A DNA stretch of 64,000 nucleotides from a bacterium (GTDB taxonomy: Bacteria > Bacteroidota > Ignavibacteria > UBA10030), in NCBI GenBank assembly GCA_043803945.1, contig JAZDJN010000061.1:32001-96000 (forward strand), read 5' to 3'. A program made the translations under genes and the position numbers. Shown piece after piece: positions 29,386-37,651 of the stretch; positions within the stretch are counted from its first letter, which is position 1; every line of letters starts with the position of its first letter. Under the pieces are notes generated by a model, which was not told where the DNA came from, ran no database searches, and saw only the letters and a program-made list of their open reading frames with translations.

Positions 29386-30207
29386 TCAATGATCTCCGAT
29401 ACATGTTGTCAGCTGTTTGAGCGCATAGGCCACATCTGTTGGGAGGATCCGGTACAACCACGCGGCGAAGTAAGGATCCTTTTCGAGCGCCTTTGGACTT
29501 GCGAGAAGCGTTTCGTTCCGTTCGACGATCCTTCCGCTGATCGGACTCAGGACATTGTGGACGAGACCATCCTCCGATGCGATCTCTGCACACGCCGAGC
29601 CCTGCACAATCTCGTAGTTCAAATCGTAATAACGAACTTCCGCGACGGCTGATACAGTTTTAACGAAAATGTCCGTGACGCCAATCAGGCCGCTGCCGTT
29701 CGGCTCGATGCATGCCCAGCTTAAATTCCCCAGACGGTGGTAATTGGCTGGACACGGCACGGCCAGACCGGATAGATCAATCTCACCCTCACCTCGCGGC
29801 ACTGTGTTTTGAGTCAGCGTATGATACCGGAGACCGCGATGAATCGCACTTTCGAGTTCATCTGCGGTAAAAGGTTTCGGCACAAAATCAATCGCTCCAT
29901 TCTTCAGCGCGTTTACGGCGTTTTGCATCGTCGAGTATCCAGTGATCATTATCAGCGGAGTGAGGACCCCCACACGTTTCATTGAATCAAGAATATAAAA
30001 ACCGTTGAGTTCTGGCAACATGATATCACACACAACGAGCCTGTACGTGTTCTTTTGGAGCTTCTCCAATCCCGTCCTTGCTTCTGCAGCTGATTCGATG
30101 GTCAGTCCTCCGGCCTCGCAAACCCTGCACACCCCATCCCGAACGACCTGTTCATCGTCAATCACAAGTATATCAATCGGTTTACTCACAGCACTCACCC
30201 TTTTCAA
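29386..30207 (-). CDS. Response regulator receiver fused to a GcvH-like domain
   Basis: IDDE..CDIMLP..TGY..KPF, then SWA..IGVTD..SPISGRIVERN..DPYFAAWL. Confidence 0.85.
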   Translation of the reverse strand: MKRVSAVSKPIDILVIDDEQVVRDGVCRVCEAGGLTIESAAEARTGLEKLQKNTYRLVVCDIMLPELNGFYILDSMKRVGVLTPLIMITGYSTMQNAVNALKNGAIDFVPKPFTADELESAIHRGLRYHTLTQNTVPRGEGEIDLSGLAVPCPANYHRLGNLSWACIEPNGSGLIGVTDIFVKTVSAVAEVRYYDLNYEIVQGSACAEIASEDGLVHNVLSPISGRIVERNETLLASPKALEKDPYFAAWLYRILPTDVAYALKQLTTCIGDH

Positions 30208-30250
30208 GAGAATGCGTTGACGGCGACGTGCGCCGTACGATCATGGCTCT

Positions 30251-32146
30251 TCACGAAATAGGGAGCCGGATTCTGAAGGTAGTCCCGCTGCCAAGTTCGC
30301 TTTCCACCGAGATCGTACCATTATGATTATCGATAATCCCCCAGATTACCGCTAATCCAAGTCCTGTTCCCTTCTGACCCTTCGTCGTGAAGAATGGCTC
30401 GAAGATCCTCGATAGGTCTTCCTTTGGGATGCCAACACCTGTATCTGCAACGCACACTTCCACGTACACCTTCTTCCCGACAGAGTCAACAGTAGCCCAT
30501 CGTTGCCAGCCGCACTTTGTATTGATGCAAAACTCGACATCTCCCTGCGCCGGGATCGAAAACGAGAACAGGTTGCTGCCGCACACAGGGCACTTGCCCT
30601 CTTCCATCACGAGAGAGACATTACATTCAGGGCAAACAACATCGAGTTGTTTGTCTTCACGGACTTCGAATTTATATCGATGGCGATTGAGTCCATAAAT
30701 GGGATCCAACATAATGAATCCTTCATCTCCGTTGGATCGCGCTTTTACTCTGATGGAGGGAATACCCTCGATCTTGAACTCCGTGGTAATCAAGTCGTGA
30801 CCGCTCGGACAGCGTGCAGCCTTGATATGGACAATTCCTTGTGGAGGTAATCTCAGGATACCCGAGGCGATCGTCACCGTACCCGTGCTATCCTCGATTG
30901 CATCGGCGGCGTTGACCAGGAGATTGACAAACACCTGCTGCATTTGATTAGGATCCAGAGTGATTTTCGGAACGTGAGGATCGATGCTGCGAACAACCTT
31001 CAGCCCTTTGATGGCAAGTTGATGCTCAACAACTGCCACAGAGCGGTCTATGATTTCATTGATATTAGAGAGGCTCTTCTTTGGAATAGACTGCCGGGCG
31101 AAATCGAGAAGGCTCTTGACAATCTCCCTGCTTCTGATTGTCTCGCGAACAATAATCTTCAGATCGTCATGCAACTCCGGATTGTTCTGGCTTCTCTTGA
31201 GCAGAAAGCTCGCGTACGTCAGAACTCCCGTCAAAGGATTGTTGATTTCGTGAGCTATCCCGGCCGCCAGACGTCCGAGAGAGGCCATTTTGTCTGATTG
31301 AAACAACTGGAGTCGGGCCTCGGATAGCTTCATGGTCATCGTGTTAAAAGATTGCGCCAGAAAACCAATGTCATCCTTTCCCAGATCTGGAACCGTATAG
31401 CTGAGGTTTCCGCTTCCGACCTGTTTTGTGGCGTCAAGAAGTACGCCTACCGGTTTGCTCACCCATCGATTGACGAAGTACGCGATGATGAGGCTCGCCG
31501 CGATTATGGCGCTCAAAGCAAATACGCCGATCTGGATGGCACTTGCCTGAATCCTCTCGTCCACATCTGCGAGGGAGATCGTCACGTCCAGTACACCAAG
31601 AACCTGCTGCTGACTCGAGTGGGCGTGACATGAAGCATCCCAACATGATCGCTCGGTATAGATCGGGTTGATGACACCGAACACCCTTGCAGAATCAGGA
31701 TGAATGCGGAAGATGCGCGTTCGTTCCGAAATGGAGAGCCTCTCGAGAGGCTTGTCCGCGGCGTGGCATCCATAACAGCTCTCGGCTTGTTTGTCTACCA
31801 TCCGACCGATGCTTTCCTTGCGCGAGGAGTAGATGATCTCTCCTTCCTTGTTTAGCACGCGAACTTCGTTGATGGCAGGATCCGATCCGATGTCATTGAT
31901 GATGATATGGATTCGTTCCCGCTGATTCAGGAGCATATCGTACCGCGTTCCGTTCCGTACCGTTTCGCTCAACTGCATCGCGTGCCGCTCGACTTCAGCA
32001 AGGAGGTTCTCCCGCTGTGAGCGAATGTTGAAGTAGGAGAAAACACCGATCGTGATGATGGTCGTCAATCCGACTACAACAATTAGCTTAAAGCCAATTC
32101 TTCTTGATAGCACGGTGACCATATGTTCTCGCTTCATATCCATCAC
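30251..32146 (-). CDS. Membrane sensor histidine kinase with heme-c motifs and a Cys-rich insertion in the ATPase domain
   Basis: CYGCH and CWDASCH; HAMP; AHEINNPL; NAADAI, then about 110-aa insert (CPSGH..CPEC..CPVC..CINTKC), then DTGVGI..GTGLGL. Confidence 0.9.
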   Translation of the reverse strand: MMDMKREHMVTVLSRRIGFKLIVVVGLTTIITIGVFSYFNIRSQRENLLAEVERHAMQLSETVRNGTRYDMLLNQRERIHIIINDIGSDPAINEVRVLNKEGEIIYSSRKESIGRMVDKQAESCYGCHAADKPLERLSISERTRIFRIHPDSARVFGVINPIYTERSCWDASCHAHSSQQQVLGVLDVTISLADVDERIQASAIQIGVFALSAIIAASLIIAYFVNRWVSKPVGVLLDATKQVGSGNLSYTVPDLGKDDIGFLAQSFNTMTMKLSEARLQLFQSDKMASLGRLAAGIAHEINNPLTGVLTYASFLLKRSQNNPELHDDLKIIVRETIRSREIVKSLLDFARQSIPKKSLSNINEIIDRSVAVVEHQLAIKGLKVVRSIDPHVPKITLDPNQMQQVFVNLLVNAADAIEDSTGTVTIASGILRLPPQGIVHIKAARCPSGHDLITTEFKIEGIPSIRVKARSNGDEGFIMLDPIYGLNRHRYKFEVREDKQLDVVCPECNVSLVMEEGKCPVCGSNLFSFSIPAQGDVEFCINTKCGWQRWATVDSVGKKVYVEVCVADTGVGIPKEDLSRIFEPFFTTKGQKGTGLGLAVIWGIIDNHNGTISVESELGSGTTFRIRLPIS

Positions 32147-32149
32147 AAC

Positions 32150-33298
32150 TCACAAGCTCTTCTTTCGGACTGACCGAATCTTTGTGCCTGGGCTTTTATC
32201 CGGGTAACTCTTGTCATCGTGGCAGCTCGAACAGGTCGGTTTCTTGGCAAAGTCTCTCCCCTCATGACAACTATCGCAGTCAATTTCTCCGTGATTCTCG
32301 TCCAATTTTAGTCCGGTCACGCTGTGGTTGAACGATCCACTCTTCCATTGTGCGTGGCACGTGCCGCAATTCCCTGAAAGTCCTTTGTATTCGTTCCTTC
32401 CTTTGTGGCATTGGGTACACCCCAGCGTTGAGTGAAAGCGCCCCAGGTCAAATCGCGCCCGACGCGCATGGTTGAATCCTGCCCGCGGCTCCTTGTCGTG
32501 ACAGCGACTGCAGTTCACGTCGACTGCATGACATGGAGAACATCGCTCATGTCCCCCGACAGAGCGGGCAACTTGGCTGGCAGAAACTTCTGCAGGCTTG
32601 TGGCACCTGGTACATCGTTCGTTTGTGTGGCAAGCTGAGCAAGAGAGTCCAAATCGATCCGTATGATCGTTGTGATAAAACGTGACTACCTTTCCATCAT
32701 CAAAAGAGGTGTCAAATACGAGTCGCGTCGGCCTCGCAGTATTCACTTCTGCTCTCCTCTTCTGTGTCGAGGTGGCAGGCGCCAATGGATCTGCTTTCAG
32801 GGCGTGGCAACTCTCACACTTCGTTGCCGATATGCCGCTTTCCCGGTGGCAGTTGATACACTGCCGGTGATATGCCCCTTTCAGACCCGGCTTCGATAAA
32901 TCCGCGCTTTTCGATGATGTTTCAGCAATATGGCACTCGCTACATGCGAGCACACTCCCCGGTGGATTGTAGTGGTGGCAGAGGATACAGTTGCCCGACA
33001 TTTCCGACATTTTCGCATGGACCTTGTGGGTGAAAAGAACTGGTTCGTAAAGATCCGGAGCTCCGGTGATCTTCTGAAGGACTATCTTGTCAGGTCCGGT
33101 CTCAGCTGAAGTATGAATCGTCACCATATCTGCACGCGGACACTTTTTAAGACTCGGGTTGGCCTTCGTCGGTATCTCGGTCGTGTGACAGGCGAGACAG
33201 CCATTGGAATGCTTACCCGAAGTCTGTGCACTGGCTTGGAGCTTAACCAGAAACAGGACGATGACTATAGAAGCGGAGTACTTTTCAATCAGTTTCAT
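32150..33298 (-). CDS. Periplasmic multiheme cytochrome c (cytochrome c3-like modules, 13 CxxCH)
   Basis: Signal peptide; 13 CxxCH motifs counted; c3-like V.F.H..H and LKGAYHRQC..CH. Confidence 0.9.
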   Translation of the reverse strand: MKLIEKYSASIVIVLFLVKLQASAQTSGKHSNGCLACHTTEIPTKANPSLKKCPRADMVTIHTSAETGPDKIVLQKITGAPDLYEPVLFTHKVHAKMSEMSGNCILCHHYNPPGSVLACSECHIAETSSKSADLSKPGLKGAYHRQCINCHRESGISATKCESCHALKADPLAPATSTQKRRAEVNTARPTRLVFDTSFDDGKVVTFYHNDHTDRFGLSCSACHTNERCTRCHKPAEVSASQVARSVGGHERCSPCHAVDVNCSRCHDKEPRAGFNHARRARFDLGRFHSTLGCTQCHKGRNEYKGLSGNCGTCHAQWKSGSFNHSVTGLKLDENHGEIDCDSCHEGRDFAKKPTCSSCHDDKSYPDKSPGTKIRSVRKKSL

Positions 33299-34539
33299 TT
33301 CGCAGTACCTCGAATCGAGTATTTGGTGGTCGGGCTGATGTGTCGTTGTTCAACGCTGATGATCGGGAACACCTTCACGAAGAACCGATAGATGAGGACC
33401 AGCAGTGCAATGAACCCCACTGTAACCGAAAATTCTCCCACCGACGGGAAATATCCCCCCGTTGCATACGGGGGAGTATACGCGACGATGAAATTGTTGA
33501 CCCGGTTGAGGAGCACACCCAGAATGACAAGTGTCGAAGCGACGAATAGCCAAAGCGGTGAGCGGACAACAGTGCGAGAAAGAAACATTCGGAGGGGAAT
33601 AATGACTCCACCTACGACCTCGAGTACAAACATGATGCTTTCGGTCGTCGGCTCAGTGAGATACACAAATGTCTCACGGATAACCATGTCACCCAGCTTG
33701 AAAGCTAGATAGATTCCAAGCAGAGGTGCAACCATGGTCCCCAGTTTCGATAATATTGTCATCTCAGGTTTCAGCCCGAATGACCGTGCTGCAAGAAGCG
33801 ACTCGAAAATCACCATGGGGAAGCCTACAGCGACAGCCGAGAGGAGAAAGAGTAGCGGCAGGACTGGAGTCTGCCATAGCGGGTGCATCTTGGGTCCCGC
33901 GATAATCATGAGTGTTCCCAGTGAGGATTGGTGCAACGTCGAGAGGACAATTCCAGCAATGATGAAGAGGAACATCGTCTTACTCAGAGTCCGGTCGAGT
34001 GCTCGCAGCACACTCTCGAGCGGCCTGTTGAGGATAGAGAGAACGCCTGGGAGTCCCACACGACCTATGAACCGCTCGGTCACAATCGGCAGAAATTCGA
34101 TGTAGAGAACGGACAGGTAGATGATGACACAGATGCCGACCTCGAAGAGCGCAGAGTTTCCGTTCCACATCAGTAGCGGATGCCAGATATAGTACCATCT
34201 GCCGATATCGAAAACAACGCCGAGTGCAACAAACGTGTAGCCCAACATCGCGGTAAGGAGCGCCGGTCGCACAATTGCATGATAATCTTCCCTATGCATC
34301 ACATGCCCAAGCGCAGCGGACGTGAAGCCGCCCGCAGCCAAGGCCACACCCGCTGCGACATCAACCCCGATCCACAAACCCCATGGATATTGATCACTCA
34401 GATTCGTAACGGCGCCTATTCCAAAAAACAATCTCACGAGAACAAAAGCGATTCCGTTCAATGCCAGGATGGCCAGGATTATCACTCCAGGAGTAATGTA
34501 CTTCTTTGCAATAGCTTCAGGTGCTGTCAATGTGTTCAT
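33295..34539 (-). CDS. hybB: HybB-like NrfD-family membrane subunit
   Basis: YPWGLWIGVDV..GVALAAGGF, SALFEV, LSTLHQSSLG and MHPLWQ. Start MNTLT at 34539 gives an ATGA overlap with the upstream gene. No hydrogenase-2 catalytic genes adjacent. Confidence 0.8.
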   Translation of the reverse strand: MNTLTAPEAIAKKYITPGVIILAILALNGIAFVLVRLFFGIGAVTNLSDQYPWGLWIGVDVAAGVALAAGGFTSAALGHVMHREDYHAIVRPALLTAMLGYTFVALGVVFDIGRWYYIWHPLLMWNGNSALFEVGICVIIYLSVLYIEFLPIVTERFIGRVGLPGVLSILNRPLESVLRALDRTLSKTMFLFIIAGIVLSTLHQSSLGTLMIIAGPKMHPLWQTPVLPLLFLLSAVAVGFPMVIFESLLAARSFGLKPEMTILSKLGTMVAPLLGIYLAFKLGDMVIRETFVYLTEPTTESIMFVLEVVGGVIIPLRMFLSRTVVRSPLWLFVASTLVILGVLLNRVNNFIVAYTPPYATGGYFPSVGEFSVTVGFIALLVLIYRFFVKVFPIISVEQRHISPTTKYSIRGTAK

Positions 34540-35438
34540 TCGGTTATCTCCTCCTCTGATTTTTGGCGGTTCTTGTTTATCCACATCAGGCCACCCAGGA
34601 GTGAATAAAGAGAAATGGGGGGAACGAAGTACGCGAAGATCCCGTGCTGAATCGATTCGCTCGTCCCCGGCATCGGATCCCCCTTAAGACTGGGAAACTC
34701 TAAGTCCTTGAAATCCGCTTTCGCCAAATAGAGGTATGAAGTCCCTCCAGCCTCGAACTCTCCGTAGATATGGTTCCGGTATCGGTCAGGATAGTTTTCG
34801 ATCCTTTTCATCGCAATCTCGATCATGGCAGATCGGCGGCCGTACGTGAGACTCTCCACCGGGCAAATTTCCACGCAAGCCGGAATACCACCACCTTGCG
34901 TTCGGTGATCACAGAAATCGCATTTGACGATGTCGGGCTTTAGTGCGGTATTGTACTGAAACGAAGGGATTTGGAAGGGGCATGCGACCATGCAGTATCG
35001 GCATCCAATGCACTTGTCGGTGTCCCAGAGAACAGGTCCGCTCTTCTCCTTCGCAATCGCACCCACAATGCATGCCGACTCGCAAGCGGGGTAGTCACAG
35101 TGCATACACTGTACCTTGACGTACGTCGGCGACGCTGCACCGCTCGCATTTTTATACTCGTTGACGACCGTGAGCGAGTCTGGATTGGGACGTCGACGTT
35201 CCGGGACATTCAGGCGACCTGGTGCAGGGATTGCCGAGTCACTGGAAAGGCCATGCTCCTTCCGGCAGGCTGCTTCGCAGCTTCGACATCCGATGCACAC
35301 CGTGAGGTCGCAGAGGACACCCATTCTGTCCGGAGAAGGAATTTTTGAACCCGCTCCAAGTGCCGCTTCCCCCAGTGTGGCGGTCGCTGCCGCGACAATT
35401 GTTGTTCGGAGAAAATCACGCCTAGTTTCCATAGTCAT
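34536..35438 (-). CDS. Tat-exported 4x[4Fe-4S] subunit (HybA/HmcB-like)
   Basis: TRRDFLR; CIGCRSCEAAC, CMHCDYPACESAC, CIGCRYCMVACP and KCDFC..CVEICP. Confidence 0.9.
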   Translation of the reverse strand: MTMETRRDFLRTTIVAAATATLGEAALGAGSKIPSPDRMGVLCDLTVCIGCRSCEAACRKEHGLSSDSAIPAPGRLNVPERRRPNPDSLTVVNEYKNASGAASPTYVKVQCMHCDYPACESACIVGAIAKEKSGPVLWDTDKCIGCRYCMVACPFQIPSFQYNTALKPDIVKCDFCDHRTQGGGIPACVEICPVESLTYGRRSAMIEIAMKRIENYPDRYRNHIYGEFEAGGTSYLYLAKADFKDLEFPSLKGDPMPGTSESIQHGIFAYFVPPISLYSLLGGLMWINKNRQKSEEEITE

Positions 35439-35522
35439 TTATTCACAATGTTGGATTTCACGATTCGAGAACCCCGTCCTAGAGGGACGGGCGTTATTAG
35501 TTTTTTTGAAGTACCACCGGAC

Positions 35523-36194
35523 TCAAAGGACTTCGCGAAGGAACATACGGTCAAATTGTTCCCATGTATGTGGCTGTACGCATTTCAATGCCCCATCCAC
35601 GGGGGGCCCGCCGTCTTGAAGCAAGGCAGAGATCATTTCGTTTGCACTGTCTTGTGCGGCAAATAGATCGCGCAACCTGCGGAATTCTTCGGCGATCCAT
35701 CCTCGGGTCTCTTCCCCCAACAATAACTGTTTGATATCCGAATGTCTCGCCGGCACAATCGTATATGCCCATCCATCTGTAAAGAGCATTTCTTTGAGCA
35801 TTCCAGGTTCCTTGATGAGTCGATCGTTTCGTTCGTATATTTCTCCTTCCATGGGAGCTCGAATGGTGAGAGAATGCTCTCCTTCTGTCAGGACAAGAAT
35901 GGGTTCCCCCCTTTGCACGCGCTGGTGAGGCTCTTTCAAGTACGAAACACTCGGAGAGCCCAACAATCTCGCTACAAAATCGTCGACACCGAGGCGCATC
36001 TTGCCAGATGGAAGGAGATTCATCCAGGTATGAGAACGCGCAAAAAAGATCCCTTCCGGGAGGCGGACCGGATACCTTCGCTCCGGGACGCGGTTATCGG
36101 CAGCAGTGACTTTCACTCCGGTTCTCGATCGGTGGACGATAGCATCAAGAATCACGAAGAGGAGAATCGTCAATACAACAAATAGAATAGCCAT
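35523..36194 (-). CDS. Membrane-anchored GcvH-like protein (no lipoyl-Lys)
   Basis: N-terminal TM; FFARSHTW, LGVDDFV, APMEGEIYERN, DGWAY and LQDGG; AAGGAG RBS. Confidence 0.85.
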   Translation of the reverse strand: MAILFVVLTILLFVILDAIVHRSRTGVKVTAADNRVPERRYPVRLPEGIFFARSHTWMNLLPSGKMRLGVDDFVARLLGSPSVSYLKEPHQRVQRGEPILVLTEGEHSLTIRAPMEGEIYERNDRLIKEPGMLKEMLFTDGWAYTIVPARHSDIKQLLLGEETRGWIAEEFRRLRDLFAAQDSANEMISALLQDGGPPVDGALKCVQPHTWEQFDRMFLREVL

Positions 36195-36330
36195 AATGAT
36201 GCTCCTTTAGTCCCTTGTTTAGATAGCAGTTCCGAAGCCCGCTGCTATTGGAAAAAGCTCTCCTGTGAATTGCTGCCATTCATCATTGTTCAAAAAGACA
36301 CTTTCAGTGGCAGATCATACTATAGCATAT

Positions 36331-36463
36331 AGTAAAAGCGTGCCAGCGAGAATTTTGGATTCCCGAGTATGACCAGTGTAACAGATTGATATAGATCAGT
36401 TTAGAACTACTAAGAATGAGTGGTGAAAAATGAAACGCAGCCCTGTAATGAAAAAGTTTACAG
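36331..36463 (-). promoter_or_regulatory. Sigma54-type promoter architecture: -24 box, IHF site and upstream inverted repeat
   Basis: TGGCACG at 36345-36339 (-12 box imperfect: TGGCACGCTTTTACT); TATCAATCTGTTA (WATCAANNNNTTR) at 36391-36379; CTGTAA-N9-TTACAG at 36443-36463. Confidence 0.45.
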
Positions 36464-36573
36464 TATATAAATCGCGGATGTGCAGAATTGAGTAAGTTGT
36501 TGTCAGATAATGATGATGAACGCGATTGAATTATTCAACACTGTACGATGAACTAATCAACGCTTTTTTTCAC

Positions 36574-37650
36574 TCAACATATTCTCGGAAGTTGCTCACC
36601 CGATAGCATATCGATAACTCGTGAACCACCGATTTTGCTCTTCATTATGACGAGTCCTCTATTTTTATCAACAACCTCACCGATGATTGAGGTATTCAAT
36701 CCGAGAGGATGAGTCTTCATCGCTGACACAATTTTTTCCGCGGCCTGCGGAGGAACAATCGCGAGCAGTTTTCCTTCATTCGCCACATAAAGTGGATCCA
36801 ATCCGAGCATCTCACAAGCACCTTGCACCTGCTCGCGGATCAATATCTTCTCTTCCGATATCAAGATTCCAACATCCGCTTGTTCTGCAATTTCATTCAA
36901 GGCACTGGCCACGCCCCCTCTGGTGGGATCGCGCAATACATGAATGTCCTTCGTTACTTCCAGCATTATTTCAACGAGCCCGTTTAACGGTGCAGAATCA
37001 GATGTAATTTCAGATTCGAACTCTAATCCTTCCCGGACAGACATTATTGCAATTCCATGGTCTGCAATTGTACCGCTGAGAATAATTTTATCACCGACGC
37101 TTGCTCTTGCCGGTGAGATGTGAACGCCTTCTGGAACAATCCCAATGCCCGCGGTATTAATAAAGATCTTATCGCCTTTCCCCCGATCGACTACTTTCGT
37201 ATCTCCTGTCACAATTTGAACTTTGGCTATTCGGGCTGCCTCCTGCATTGAAAGCACCACACGCCAGAGCTCATCCATCGGAAATCCTTCTTCGAGAATA
37301 AATCCGGCCGAGAGGTAGAGTGGAGTAGCTCCACACATGGCAAGATCATTCACCGTTCCATTGACTGCCAGATTGCCGATGTTACCACCCGGGAAAAAAA
37401 TTGGTTTGATAACATAGGAATCAGTTGAGAAGGCAAGGTGAGAATTCCCGAGCGAAAATGTTGCCCCGTCGTGGAGCGATTCAATCATCTCATTGTGAAA
37501 TTGTGGAAGAAACATCTTCTGAATCAACTGTTGCGTTAATCTCCCTCCGCCCCCATGGGCTAGAACCACATGAGGATAGTCAGAGATGGGAATGGGGCAT
37601 GACAGCTCACCAGCCCCTTCAGGGTTTGTTTTTATTAAATCATCAGCCAT
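36574..37650 (-). CDS. hypE: Hydrogenase maturation protein HypE
   Basis: LAHGGGG, TDSYV..FFPGGNIG, GDTKVV, RDPTRGG and C-terminal PRIC. Confidence 0.97.
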   Translation of the reverse strand: MADDLIKTNPEGAGELSCPIPISDYPHVVLAHGGGGRLTQQLIQKMFLPQFHNEMIESLHDGATFSLGNSHLAFSTDSYVIKPIFFPGGNIGNLAVNGTVNDLAMCGATPLYLSAGFILEEGFPMDELWRVVLSMQEAARIAKVQIVTGDTKVVDRGKGDKIFINTAGIGIVPEGVHISPARASVGDKIILSGTIADHGIAIMSVREGLEFESEITSDSAPLNGLVEIMLEVTKDIHVLRDPTRGGVASALNEIAEQADVGILISEEKILIREQVQGACEMLGLDPLYVANEGKLLAIVPPQAAEKIVSAMKTHPLGLNTSIIGEVVDKNRGLVIMKSKIGGSRVIDMLSGEQLPRIC

Positions 37651-37651
37651 G

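Noticed and set aside
33295-35438. Hydrogenase-2 (hybOABC) operon
   Set aside because: No periplasmic small or large subunit is adjacent; only the A/B-like electron-transfer subunits are present.
35473-35491. Hairpin CCCGTCC-TAGAG-GGACGGG as another REP copy
   Set aside because: The arm order is reversed relative to the REP and it lacks the full core and linker; more likely an intra-operon stem-loop.
24359-36194. A functional glycine cleavage system
   Set aside because: No P, T or L proteins or lipoylation enzymes in the window, and the lipoyl-Lys is missing.
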